Below, one piece after another: positions 1 to 9,198 of a DNA stretch of 64,000 nucleotides (position 1 is its first letter; the number at the start of each line of letters is the position of its first letter). The position numbers and the translations under genes were made by a program. Under the pieces are notes generated by a model that was not told where the DNA came from, searched no databases, and saw only the letters and a list, made by a program, of their open reading frames with translations. Source of the DNA: Pseudomonadota bacterium (lineage in GTDB: Archaea > Thermoplasmatota > SW-10-69-26 > JACQPN01 > JAJPHT01); NCBI GenBank assembly GCA_021325135.1, contig JAJPHT010000030.1, forward strand, positions 128,001-192,000. Direction: 5' to 3'.

Positions 1-2940
1 GCTCAGGTACGGGTAGGCGTAGGTCCACAACATGCCCTTCAGGTCGCTGAACGAGCAGCACAGGTAGTTGGAGCCCGCGAACCACGCGCCGCCGGTCGCG
101 TTCCACGTTTGGGTTCCCACCGTGAAGCTGTTGGGCCGGAGATACACGTTCAGGCCGGCCGAGTCGAATCCCATCTGCTTCTTCGCGAGGTTCGTGGGGG
201 ATGAGGTGCCCGCGTCGGTGTAGGCGCCATCGGCATATACGCCGCCCGCAATGATCCCCTTCGCGTTGATGCTCGTGGGCAGTTTCAGCAGGGCGTCCGT
301 GGTGACGTAGGGAAGAGTCGTTGTGCCGCTGAAGGCGTCGGATTCGCTGCTGAGACCCACGGTTCGCGTCTCGAAGTTGGGCACGCTGAACTCGGCGTGC
401 CAGGTAAAGCTGGATCCCAGGACCGTGTCGTCCAGGGTGGGGAAACTTGTGGTCGTGTCGTTGAGGACGTAGCGCGACTTCATCGTCGTGAGCGGGTAGT
501 AGGAACCCAGGCTCGTGTACTGTCCGGGGGGAAGGAACGTCCAGGCGCCGCCGGGGTTGAGTTGGACACCCACGCTGGTTCCGGCGGGCGGGGATTGGGT
601 GGGCCAGACGCGCGCGTCGAGGAGCGAGACGAGGTTCTGGAAGTTGTGGATGTTGCTATTCGTTTGGGCGTACGCGGTGGTCGGATACGTGCCGTAGTAG
701 ACGCGGAGGAAGGCGTCCTCCGTCGCGCTCTGGCCGGTCACGTTGATGGGCGTGACGTGCGTGCTCGTCGTGCGATGGTACGCCAGGCAGTTGTGGTAGG
801 CGTTGTTGTAGTAGTTGTCCTGGCCCGCGGTGTTCTTCACATAGACTTGGTCGCCGGCGTTGACTTGGACGGGAGGCACGATGATGTAGCTCCACTGGCG
901 ATAGACGCCGTCGGCGCTGCTGGCCTGGATTGTGCCAGACACGCCTGGAATGCCGGGGTTGCCCGCGTCCTGGAGGCTGCTGTTCTGGCCGCCGTTGGCA
1001 GGAGCGAGCACGTTCCAGGTGCCTTGCCAAGGGACACCGCAGATGGCGTTGGGCGCGTTGATGTCGCCACCGAGGCTGATGTCGATGCGCGTCAGGAGGC
1101 CGGCTTGGGGGGCGGTGTAGCCGATGGCGAAGTTCACGGTGTCGCGGTACGTCGTGCCGGGCTGGGGCGAGGCGTAGCTGCTGATCGTGTCCGTCACGGG
1201 CTGGGGATACGAGACGGGCATGGCGCTCCACTTGTGGGCGCTCCACGGGTAGGCTGAGGTCGGGCTCACCCACGCGCCGAGGTGGCAGGCCGTGCTCCCG
1301 CTCACGCTGGTCCATGTCGCGTTGTCGGTGCTCTCCTGGCAGCCGCCCATGAGATTGGGGCTGGCGTGGCCTGTGGTCAAGTAGTCCACGCCGTAGGTGC
1401 AAGGGAGGGCGCTGTGCTGCTGGAAGAGAATCCAGTAGGTCATGCCGGCCTGGATGTAGGTCTGGCCGGCGAAGGTGGCCGCGCCGTGGCCAAAGTAGGG
1501 CGTGGGCGGGTTGGTCAAGCCGATGCCGCCTGCGTTCGTGCTGATCTGGGGCGAGAGGCTCCAGTCCAGGAGACTGCCGGGTGCGCCGCTGTTGTCGGCG
1601 TACACCTGGACTTCGAGCATGATGTTCTCGCCCTCCTGAGGCCGGTCGCAGGTCGTCGTGTGGCCATGCACCTGGAGCGCGACTTGAGCGAGGAAGCCGC
1701 TCGTGCTGGGCTGCCACTTCTGGCGGAGGAACTGGTCGGCGTTGTAGTCGGTCCCGTCGTAGTTCGTCGTCGGGTTGCCTGTTGTTCCAGCGACGTTGAC
1801 GGTGTCGAGCAGAGACGCGTCGATGCTGGGCGACCCGGCCGAGGTGAGATCATCGGTGACGTCCCGCACCGTCCCATCGACGAGGCCGTTCGCGGCTTGG
1901 TTGATGCCGATCGTGGAGAACGAGGGCGCCTGAATGGCCCAGTAGGACCCGTTGTCTGAGACCGGAAGGGGTTTCCACGTGGGGCCCTCGTGCCCCCACT
2001 CGACATAGGGTTGGGTCGTGAAGCCCAACGCGGTGGCGGCCCAAGTCTTGTTGAGGCGGATTTCACTGCCGTAGTTGCTATGCCCCCAGGAGGGCGTGAA
2101 CTGGATCCGGAGGCCGGCCAGCTTTTGCGTGGTCACGTTGACAATGGTCAGGTTCGAGACACTCGTGTAGTAGCGAGTCACGCCCGTCAAGGCGTCGGTG
2201 AGATTGTACGCGCTGGCGTTGGTGAGGAGGGTCGTGGTCGTGACAAGGAGCGTTGTGCCCATGGTCGTGTTCGACAGCGTCGTCGTGATCGCGGGGTACG
2301 TCACGTTTCCTGGGAGGGTCTGGTTGAGCCACGAGGCGCGCGTGCTAGTGAGGACGGGGGTCGTGGCGGGTTGGAGTTGCTGGAGTTGCCACCAGAGGCC
2401 TTCGGCGCGGTTGAGCAAGAGGCTCGATGGGTCCCCGAGGCCGTAGCCGGCCTGGCCGGCGGTGAAGGTGCTCAGGCTCCACGGGACGTATTCGTCGCTG
2501 AGGCGAAGTTGGACGAGACTGGTGCTCTGGAGGGGTTCGGCGGGCACGATGATCTCCGGCCCCAGGGGGCCAGGTCGCGGCGTGCTGCGGGTCCACGAGG
2601 CACCCGCGTCGTAGCTCAACTCGTACTTCAGCAGGGTCCAGCTCTTGGTGAGGCCGACCCAGGATTGGTTGACCTGGATGCGGAAGCTGACGGGATCGTT
2701 CACCGTGAGGTTGTAGAGGCTCTGGGAAGCGTCGTCGTAGACGAGGACACTGTTGATGGTGCGCGTGCCTCCATCGAGGTTCACGAAGTTGAGCGTCTGG
2801 ATGCCGCCAAGGACCACGTTGGTGACGTTCGTCAAGGGGCCCACGCTGAGACTCTCGGCAGGCGGGGCGGCCAAGAGGCCCGAACCGAGGAGGAGAGCCA
2901 GCACGAGAAGGCCACGGAGGCGCTGGCGCGCAGCCACCAT
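1..2940 (-). CDS. Large secreted/surface glycoprotein, >980 aa, 3'-truncated by the window edge (absent from the ORF track)
   Basis: Manual translation from ATG at 2940 (MVAARQRLRGLLVLALLLGSGLLAAPPAESLSVGPLTNVTNVVLGG...) stays open to base 1. Signal peptide; Thr/Ser/Asn/Trp/Tyr-rich beta-type composition; many N-x-S/T sequons (NVT, NLT, NQS, NQT, NTT, NAS, NKT, NGS, NAT, NSS, NDT). Confidence 0.9.
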   Translation of the reverse strand, partial: MVAARQRLRGLLVLALLLGSGLLAAPPAESLSVGPLTNVTNVVLGGIQTLNFVNLDGGTRTINSVLVYDDASQSLYNLTVNDPVSFRIQVNQSWVGLTKSWTLLKYELSYDAGASWTRSTPRPGPLGPEIIVPAEPLQSTSLVQLRLSDEYVPWSLSTFTAGQAGYGLGDPSSLLLNRAEGLWWQLQQLQPATTPVLTSTRASWLNQTLPGNVTYPAITTTLSNTTMGTTLLVTTTTLLTNASAYNLTDALTGVTRYYTSVSNLTIVNVTTQKLAGLRIQFTPSWGHSNYGSEIRLNKTWAATALGFTTQPYVEWGHEGPTWKPLPVSDNGSYWAIQAPSFSTIGINQAANGLVDGTVRDVTDDLTSAGSPSIDASLLDTVNVAGTTGNPTTNYDGTDYNADQFLRQKWQPSTSGFLAQVALQVHGHTTTCDRPQEGENIMLEVQVYADNSGAPGSLLDWSLSPQISTNAGGIGLTNPPTPYFGHGAATFAGQTYIQAGMTYWILFQQHSALPCTYGVDYLTTGHASPNLMGGCQESTDNATWTSVSGSTACHLGAWVSPTSAYPWSAHKWSAMPVSYPQPVTDTISSYASPQPGTTYRDTVNFAIGYTAPQAGLLTRIDISLGGDINAPNAICGVPWQGTWNVLAPANGGQNSSLQDAGNPGIPGVSGTIQASSADGVYRQWSYIIVPPVQVNAGDQVYVKNTAGQDNYYNNAYHNCLAYHRTTSTHVTPINVTGQSATEDAFLRVYYGTYPTTAYAQTNSNIHNFQNLVSLLDARVWPTQSPPAGTSVGVQLNPGGAWTFLPPGQYTSLGSYYPLTTMKSRYVLNDTTTSFPTLDDTVLGSSFTWHAEFSVPNFETRTVGLSSESDAFSGTTTLPYVTTDALLKLPTSINAKGIIAGGVYADGAYTDAGTSSPTNLAKKQMGFDSAGLNVYLRPNSFTVGTQTWNATGGAWFAGSNYLCCSFSDLKGMLWTYAYPYLS

Positions 2941-3005
2941 GCGGGCGTTCCCTTCGCCCCGCGCTTTTCTAGCTTTTGCACGACTCGCTGCGGAGGCCAC
3001 CGGGT

Positions 3006-4328
3006 TTAGGTGCGCTTACGGGGGCGCAAGGTGCGGCGCTTGCCGCGGAAGGCTCCTTGCGTTTTCCTGAGGCGCTGACCCAGGTTGATGATGGTGGGAG
3101 GGGAACGGCGTGCGGCCAACTCGGCAATGCGGAGGTCGGCGCGCTTGGATTCGAGGCTCGCCTCGCGCCTGGTCCGCGCGACGGCGGTCTGCCCAGCGGC
3201 GCGGCTGGCGGCGGCTGCGGCGCGCGCTTGGGCGGCGTACTTCTGGGCGTCCATCTTGATGCGCAGGGCGGCTTGCCGATCCTTGTCGGCCTGGTGGCGG
3301 GCTTGCGCGTTCGTCTTGGCGTCACCAAGGCGAGCGTCCTTGCCTGCTTGGAGCGCGTTGCGATCCTTTTCCAGATCCGTTATGAGTTGCTTGCGCGCAA
3401 GCTGATTGGCGCGCAGGCGATCCTTGTCCACGGCTCGGAGCGCCAAGTAGCGGTTCAGCGTGGGTCCCAACCAGGAGGGATTCTTCCGGATCAGGACGAG
3501 GAGGGGGATCGTCACGATGATCGCGAGGATGAGGAGGTTGAACCAGGCGGGACTCCCGATGATGGGGGTCAGGTGGGCCGGTATGGCGACGGGGCTCACG
3601 ACGCTGGCCTGGAGCCAGTCGGGGACCCCGTCCTGGTTCACGTCGTTCTGAAGGTTGAGTCCCGTCGCGGCGGCCAAGATGTTGACGCCCCCGCGGAGCG
3701 CCTCGCCCACGGGCCGAAAGATGCTCAAGAGGCCCCCCGAAGGACTGGGGCTGGCGTCGTGCTGGATCGTGACCGTTCGCTCCACGAGGCTGCTCCAGGT
3801 CTTGCCGTTCGTGCTGGCGAAGACCAGGAGGTGGCTGCCTTCGCTCAGGCTCGCGGGGTTGAACTGGTAGGTCCAGACGCCCGTCGCTGCCGTCTGGGTC
3901 GTCGCGGGAACGTTCTGGCCCTTCTCCCAGTAGTAGACCGTGCTTTGGGGGCGCGTGACGCCCTGGAAGAGGACGCTCCCACTGATCGTCTCGCCATTCT
4001 GGGGCGTGGTGACGATCATGTCGCTCTCGAACCTCGCGGGGCCTTCCTCGGCGAGGGGATCGTGGCCGGTGAGATGAACGAGGAGCGGGCTGGCCACGAG
4101 CCCGTTCCACCAGAGGAAGCCCCACAGGACGAGCACGAGAAGGAGGGGCAGGAGCAGGGCCGTGGCGATGGCGCCGCGCCGGTGCCCTTGGGCCCAAGTC
4201 TGGAGGTGGTGGCCGGCAGCATGGAAGCGCGCCCGGATCCCCACCCCGCCTTGGCTTGGCTGCTTGGGGTGTTTGCCTTCGAGGTTGAGTTGGAGTCGGA
4301 GGCGGAAGCCGCCACGCTTGGGCCGCAT
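3006..4328 (-). CDS. Membrane protein: TM, Ig-like domain, Ca-binding-like motif, TM, basic coiled-coil tail
   Basis: Two hydrophobic segments; VTTPQNGETISGSVLFQG...WTYQFNPASLSEGSH resembles a bacterial Ig-like repeat; DVNQDGVPD motif; Ala/Arg-rich helical tail. Confidence 0.8.
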   Translation of the reverse strand: MRPKRGGFRLRLQLNLEGKHPKQPSQGGVGIRARFHAAGHHLQTWAQGHRRGAIATALLLPLLLVLVLWGFLWWNGLVASPLLVHLTGHDPLAEEGPARFESDMIVTTPQNGETISGSVLFQGVTRPQSTVYYWEKGQNVPATTQTAATGVWTYQFNPASLSEGSHLLVFASTNGKTWSSLVERTVTIQHDASPSPSGGLLSIFRPVGEALRGGVNILAAATGLNLQNDVNQDGVPDWLQASVVSPVAIPAHLTPIIGSPAWFNLLILAIIVTIPLLVLIRKNPSWLGPTLNRYLALRAVDKDRLRANQLARKQLITDLEKDRNALQAGKDARLGDAKTNAQARHQADKDRQAALRIKMDAQKYAAQARAAAAASRAAGQTAVARTRREASLESKRADLRIAELAARRSPPTIINLGQRLRKTQGAFRGKRRTLRPRKRT

Positions 4329-4339
4329 CGGGGCACGTC

Positions 4340-7009
4340 CTAGCGGCGCCGCCTGCGGAAGCTTCCCTCCACCGGGTCATCGGGAGGCGGGGCGGGCTCG
4401 AGGTGGAAGTTGATCGTCGGAGCCATGCTCGCAGGCGGGGCCTCTCGGGAATGGCGGTGGAAGATGCGCTTGAGGAGGCCGCGCTTCTCGCCGTAGACGG
4501 TGGGTGCCGCAATGGTGGGCTCGATTCCCCAACGCAAGAGGGGAACGGGGCTCTCGTGGCTCAGGAGGCCGCGTTGTCGGGCGAACCAGAAGAGGGCCAA
4601 GAGCGCCGCCCCGAGGAGGCTCGTGATAAAGATGAAACCAGTCGTCCCGTGGAAGAGGCTGAAGCCGACGCCCCCGGCCGCGTCGGAGGCGCTTGTGGCC
4701 GCGTTCTTGGCCTGCGTGACGAGCTTGTCGGTCGTGCTCGTCGCGCCCGCGTCCGTTGTGCCTTGGGGCGGCGAGACGGTTCTCTGCTCGCCAGCACCTG
4801 CACCATCAACGCTGCCTCCTGGCGCGCTCGTGCCTTGGGTCGTGGCCTCGTTGCCGCTGCTGGACTGGACGAAGAGCTGGAGGGGCGTCTCGCAGTTGGT
4901 GTAGACACCCGTGATGGGCTCGCGGTACGCGTTGACCTTCACGAGCTCGACGCAAGGGCTGTACGAGCCGCTCAAGAAAGCGTGCGCGCCCAAGGTGAGG
5001 GTCTGAGCCCCGTTACAAGCCAAGGGAGGAGGTTTTTCGGCGCGGCTTCCGTCTGTCCAGTGGATGGTGGCCTGGATGTAGCCCGGCAAGCCCATGCACT
5101 CGATGTCGGCCAGGAGGCTGACGCGGTCGCCAGGATGGACATGGTTGGCGCTCAGGCGCGTCGTGAGGACCTTGACGAGGTTGGCGTCGGCGGGATCGCC
5201 CACGTTGAGCGTCAACTGGACGGGGTCGCTCTTGACGAAGTCCGTCCCCACCTTGTAGGCGCCCACCGCACGGAAGACCTCGTAGTAGAACCCCGAGGGG
5301 AGGTCGATGGTGGGCGTTTCCCAGTCGAACTCGTTGCTCGTGACGCTGATCTCGCCTTTGAGGGGCGCGCCCTCGAGCGTGATGGTGGGCACGACGCGGG
5401 TCATGTCGTCGCCTGCGTCGGCGTCGGTGAGGCTGATGTGGAAGGTGAGGGTGCCCTTGCCGGCGAGGATGCGTCCAGCGGCGTCTTGGTTGCTGCCCCC
5501 GACGAGTTGGACGTTGAGCTTGGGGTAGTGGACGGGCATCTCGAAGCTGCCCGAGGCCGTGCCCGGATCCATGCCGGCGCGCGTGGCGCTCAGGACGTAG
5601 TGGATGGTGCCGCGGCAGTCCACGACGTAGTCGAACTCGTACGCGCCCGCCAAGTCGGACCCCGTGGCGGGGTGGCCCAAGACCGTCTGGCCTTCCTGGT
5701 TGCAGTCGCTCGTGAAGGTGGCCGCCATCCCATCGGGCGCCGCGCTGGGCCTCGCATAGAGGGCGGCTTTGCCTCCCAGCGGGACGGTGTCGAGGCTCTG
5801 GCCGTGGAAGCCCAGGACGTCGATGGCGAGCTTGCCCAAGAGGGGTCCGACGATGCTCGTGACGGCGTTGACGCCGCCCGCGGGGGGACCCAAGGGGGGC
5901 TGCATGTCGATGATGAGGCTCGTGCCGCCCGTCTGGACGGGATCGATGATGAAGTCGCAGTAGAGCTCGCAGACGGCTCCCCTGGCGAGTCGGGCGTTGA
6001 GGTTGAGGGCCATCTTTTCTGCGGGGGCCGGTGGATCGACCTTGGCCTGGGCCACGGGGTCCTCCTTCTGGGAGCTGGTGGGGGGCGCGTGGGCCGCGGC
6101 GTTGGCGGCGGGCGCGATCCACGAGGCGCACGGCGCGGGGGGTTGGCAGACGAAGTCGAGCCCGAAGGTGAACATGCGGCCGACGTTGCAGAAGATCCCG
6201 CAGGGGGAGCCGACTTGGACGTTGTCTGGCGTGGGAGGCGAGGGGACCGGAGTCGGGGGCGGGGGAGGCTTGGCGGGGGCGGGCGTCCAGCTCGTGTGGC
6301 AGAGGCTCCAGTTGCATTCCTTCGAGTCCGCGAGGTACGTGCTCTCCGACGTGCTCGTGTCGCTCACGTACGCCGCATAGGCCCGTTGGGCCGCGGGCGT
6401 GATGAAGCCACACAGGAAGCCCAGGTCGCAGCCGTCCTCGTCGAGGGCCCGGGCGGAGGCCAAGGGCGTGGCGAGGACGAGCAGGAGCATGAGCGCGACG
6501 AGCTGGGTGGCGCGGCGGTGCCGACGCTGCTTCCCCTCTCGCTGGGTACGAGCCCCGCGGAAGCCACCCCCAAGGCTGAGGGTCTCGGCCATGCTATCGC
6601 CCACCTGACGGCCCCGGATGAAGGCGGGCAGCCAGATGAGGAGCAACGCGAGGGTGACGAGGAGGAACCAGGCGCCGGTCAGGAAGAGCTTGCCGATCAT
6701 GAAGTAGGTCCCCACGAGGGCGAGGCTGAGGGCCCAGCGCGCCTCGCCGGGCGTGATTTCCGTGCCGGTGTTGAAGGCGAAGTAGATGACGGGGACGCAG
6801 ACGAGGGTGGGCCCCAAGAGGCTCCCGAAGAAGATCATGAGCCCCACCCACGCCACGAACGCGCCGGCGCCCACGAGGATCTTGGCGCGCACGTCCAAGT
6901 GGCTGCCCCACTTCGCCAAGAGCCGATCGGGCGCTTCGACGCGGAACGCGCCATGGGCGCGGCGAGACGCGCGTGGGGAACGAGGAGGGGGGTGGGTGGG
7001 CTTGCGCAT
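4340..7009 (-). CDS. Large membrane protein: N-terminal multi-TM region, Cys-rich and beta-sandwich ectodomain, C-terminal TM anchor
   Basis: 889-aa ORF with N-terminal TM segments, an internal signal-peptide-like stretch (RRATQLVALMLLLVLATPLASARA), a Pro-rich linker, several C-x3-5-C loops, a C-terminal TM and a basic tail. Confidence 0.85.
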   Translation of the reverse strand: MRKPTHPPPRSPRASRRAHGAFRVEAPDRLLAKWGSHLDVRAKILVGAGAFVAWVGLMIFFGSLLGPTLVCVPVIYFAFNTGTEITPGEARWALSLALVGTYFMIGKLFLTGAWFLLVTLALLLIWLPAFIRGRQVGDSMAETLSLGGGFRGARTQREGKQRRHRRATQLVALMLLLVLATPLASARALDEDGCDLGFLCGFITPAAQRAYAAYVSDTSTSESTYLADSKECNWSLCHTSWTPAPAKPPPPPTPVPSPPTPDNVQVGSPCGIFCNVGRMFTFGLDFVCQPPAPCASWIAPAANAAAHAPPTSSQKEDPVAQAKVDPPAPAEKMALNLNARLARGAVCELYCDFIIDPVQTGGTSLIIDMQPPLGPPAGGVNAVTSIVGPLLGKLAIDVLGFHGQSLDTVPLGGKAALYARPSAAPDGMAATFTSDCNQEGQTVLGHPATGSDLAGAYEFDYVVDCRGTIHYVLSATRAGMDPGTASGSFEMPVHYPKLNVQLVGGSNQDAAGRILAGKGTLTFHISLTDADAGDDMTRVVPTITLEGAPLKGEISVTSNEFDWETPTIDLPSGFYYEVFRAVGAYKVGTDFVKSDPVQLTLNVGDPADANLVKVLTTRLSANHVHPGDRVSLLADIECMGLPGYIQATIHWTDGSRAEKPPPLACNGAQTLTLGAHAFLSGSYSPCVELVKVNAYREPITGVYTNCETPLQLFVQSSSGNEATTQGTSAPGGSVDGAGAGEQRTVSPPQGTTDAGATSTTDKLVTQAKNAATSASDAAGGVGFSLFHGTTGFIFITSLLGAALLALFWFARQRGLLSHESPVPLLRWGIEPTIAAPTVYGEKRGLLKRIFHRHSREAPPASMAPTINFHLEPAPPPDDPVEGSFRRRRR

Positions 7010-7042
7010 GCCGATCCGCGCGAAGCCTACTCGAAGTCCTTC

Positions 7043-7540
7043 TTATGGGCGTCGGCGACTTTGGTGGGCCTCTCCTCGCAAGAAGCGGTGAGCTTGCCCC
7101 GCGCGCGCCCCGATCGCGTGGAGGGCTTCCTCGCCGCTCTTCTTGGCCTCGCGAAGCTCCTCGGGCGCCTGCGCGGCCTTCGCGACGGGGTGCCGCGCCA
7201 AGCGCTGAGCCGTGGCGAAGAGGGGCCCGCGCCAGATGATGGCGAGGCCAGGCAGGCTCAGGAGGATGGCTAGGAGGGGGCCGAAGTGGTCGCTGTAGAG
7301 GAGCGCTTGGAGGGCCACCGCGGCGGTGAGAAGGAGGCGTTCTTGGTGCTCATCGAGGTAGTCCTCCTCGATCCATATGGCGGCCAGGCTGAGCACGACG
7401 GCGCCCAAGGGGAGCAGGAGGGCGTCGAACTCGATGATGCGCAGGAGGGTCAGCGTCGTGCTGGCAAGGCTCAGGAGGAGCTTGCCCAGGAAGGCGTTGC
7501 GGTGCCGGCGCCAGGCCTGGAGGCGCGTGGCGTGGCTCAC
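7043..7540 (-). CDS. Hypothetical multi-TM membrane protein (~165 aa)
   Basis: GTG start overlaps the upstream TGA (GTGA at 7537-7540); about 4 hydrophobic segments. The upstream part of the track ORF overlaps the neighbouring gene. Confidence 0.75.
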   Translation of the reverse strand: MSHATRLQAWRRHRNAFLGKLLLSLASTTLTLLRIIEFDALLLPLGAVVLSLAAIWIEEDYLDEHQERLLLTAAVALQALLYSDHFGPLLAILLSLPGLAIIWRGPLFATAQRLARHPVAKAAQAPEELREAKKSGEEALHAIGARAGQAHRFLRGEAHQSRRRP

Positions 7541-9198
7541 GAGGCTTGGCCTCCTTGGAGGGCGAGGATGGCCCCGCCGATGAAGCCCAAGAGGATGAGA
7601 AGACCCAGGAGGAGGCGGAACCAGTCCGGCTTGCCATCGGGACTGCTGGGCGCGACGAAGGTCGTCGTGGCCTTGTCGATGCAGTCGGGCCAGCCGTTCT
7701 TGTTGAGATCCTGTTGGCAGTTCGTGTCGGTCGTGCGGTCCGTGTTGGGCACGTTGCCGTTCGCGTCCGTGATGTCGAAGTGCAGGTAGAGGTCGGTCTT
7801 GACACTCCCGTCGCTGGCGCGCAGGACGTACGCGTAGTGCCCGGCGGGGAGGGGATGGTCTTGCGTGTTGAGCGTGACGCGGTCGGTCGCGTCGTGGGGC
7901 AAGTCGGCGTATTGGTGGCCGGCGGTCTTGAGGCTGCCCAGCCAGAGGGCCCATGTGTCGAGGCCTTGGTCCGCGTGGAGGCGGAAGCTGATCGTGAAGG
8001 CTTCCCCCGTTGCGTAGGCGAGCCGCTCCGTCGCGTCAGGCGTCAAGAGCGTGATGGTGACGTGGCGCGTCCCGTACCCGTTGGTGGACGTGCCGCCGCC
8101 ATCGGGGCCCGCGCCGTTGTTGTTGGGCGGTCCGCCAGGCGGCGAGGAAGAAGGGTCGGGCGTGTTGGGGGCGTCGTTCTGGTCGGGGGTGGACTTGACG
8201 CCGTTGGTGGCCAGGCTAGCGCCCGTGCTGGGGCTGATATGGTCGCTCGCACTTTCGATGACGTCGCCGCCCTTGGTCGTGACGCGGGCGAGAAGGCTGG
8301 CCTTGCCCGCGACTTTGCCCTCCGCGCTGAGGGCTCGTCCCGTCGTCTCGTAGACAGTGGCGCGGAGGTTGGGCGCGGTCCAGCGCATGGCCTTCACATC
8401 AGCCCGAGGGATGCTGTCGATCAGTTCGTCGGTCGTCATGCCCGCGTTGCCGATGCGGCGCGCGGCGGTGGGATTGACGCGGTCCCATGCCTGGAGGCGG
8501 AGGTTCTTGCTCGCCTCGACCGCGTCTTGGCCGGCTTGCTTGGTGTTGCCCGTGAAGACGGTCTTCACGACGCCTCCGGCCTTGGTCTCGCTGAGGCCCG
8601 AGAAGAGGCTCTTGAAGACGCCCGCGCCTTCGTCGCGCGCGGCTTGGTACCCGGCCTTGTAGCCTTGCGAGTCGGCGGCCACGACGGGGATGGCACTGCC
8701 CACGAAGTCGAGCGCCATGCCGGCCGTCTCCACCAAGCCCTGTCCGCTCATGCCGACGTTGTCATGGCGGGCATCTTGGACCCACGCCTTGGTGCTCCCC
8801 CAGTTGGCGGTGAGGCAGTCGTCGTAGAATTGCTCACCCGTCTGGAAGCACTCTCCCCGCTTCGTGACGAGGCTCGTGCCCACGCCCACCCCCGTGCTGA
8901 GGCCCGCGGCGGCAATGCAGGGCGTGGCGGCGATCTCGGCGAAGACGACCGCGCAGGCACCGTAGGCCAGCGCCGTGCCCACGACGGGGACGGCGTGGTC
9001 GCAGCTGGGGAGCCAACTCACGCTGTCGAGGCCGTCGCAGACGCTGCCGAAGATGCTGGTTCCCCACCCCAGGGTGGTGAAGGTCTCCTCGCCCACGCGC
9101 GCAGGCGGGGGTGGGAAGCAGGCGCTCAGGAGTTGGAGCGCGAGGAGGAGGCTCAGGGCGAGGCTCATGGCGGGGTCGGGGCGTGGGGCGGACGTCAT
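7537..9198 (-). CDS. C-terminally anchored surface protein with an N-proximal hydrophobic Gly/Ala hairpin (553 aa)
   Basis: ATGA overlap at 9195-9198; signal peptide; GTALAYGACAVVFAEIAATPCIAAAGLSTGVGVG; helical Gly/Ala region; Pro/Gly/Asn linker; Ig-like beta domain; DLNKNGWPD motif; C-terminal TM. Confidence 0.85.
   Translation of the reverse strand: MTSAPRPDPAMSLALSLLLALQLLSACFPPPPARVGEETFTTLGWGTSIFGSVCDGLDSVSWLPSCDHAVPVVGTALAYGACAVVFAEIAATPCIAAAGLSTGVGVGTSLVTKRGECFQTGEQFYDDCLTANWGSTKAWVQDARHDNVGMSGQGLVETAGMALDFVGSAIPVVAADSQGYKAGYQAARDEGAGVFKSLFSGLSETKAGGVVKTVFTGNTKQAGQDAVEASKNLRLQAWDRVNPTAARRIGNAGMTTDELIDSIPRADVKAMRWTAPNLRATVYETTGRALSAEGKVAGKASLLARVTTKGGDVIESASDHISPSTGASLATNGVKSTPDQNDAPNTPDPSSSPPGGPPNNNGAGPDGGGTSTNGYGTRHVTITLLTPDATERLAYATGEAFTISFRLHADQGLDTWALWLGSLKTAGHQYADLPHDATDRVTLNTQDHPLPAGHYAYVLRASDGSVKTDLYLHFDITDANGNVPNTDRTTDTNCQQDLNKNGWPDCIDKATTTFVAPSSPDGKPDWFRLLLGLLILLGFIGGAILALQGGQAS

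Noticed and set aside
397-3009. Plus-strand ORFs 397..1257, 1282..1959, 1990..3009 and minus ORF 656..1717
   Set aside because: Antisense or off-frame shadows of the real >980-aa minus-strand gene, with the R/G/V/A-biased composition typical of high-GC shadows.
1-9198. Fusexin (Fsx1/HAP2) or VirB4/VirD4 assignment
   Set aside because: No recognisable fusexin pattern and no Walker A/B motifs in any of these proteins; this cannot be supported without a structure search.
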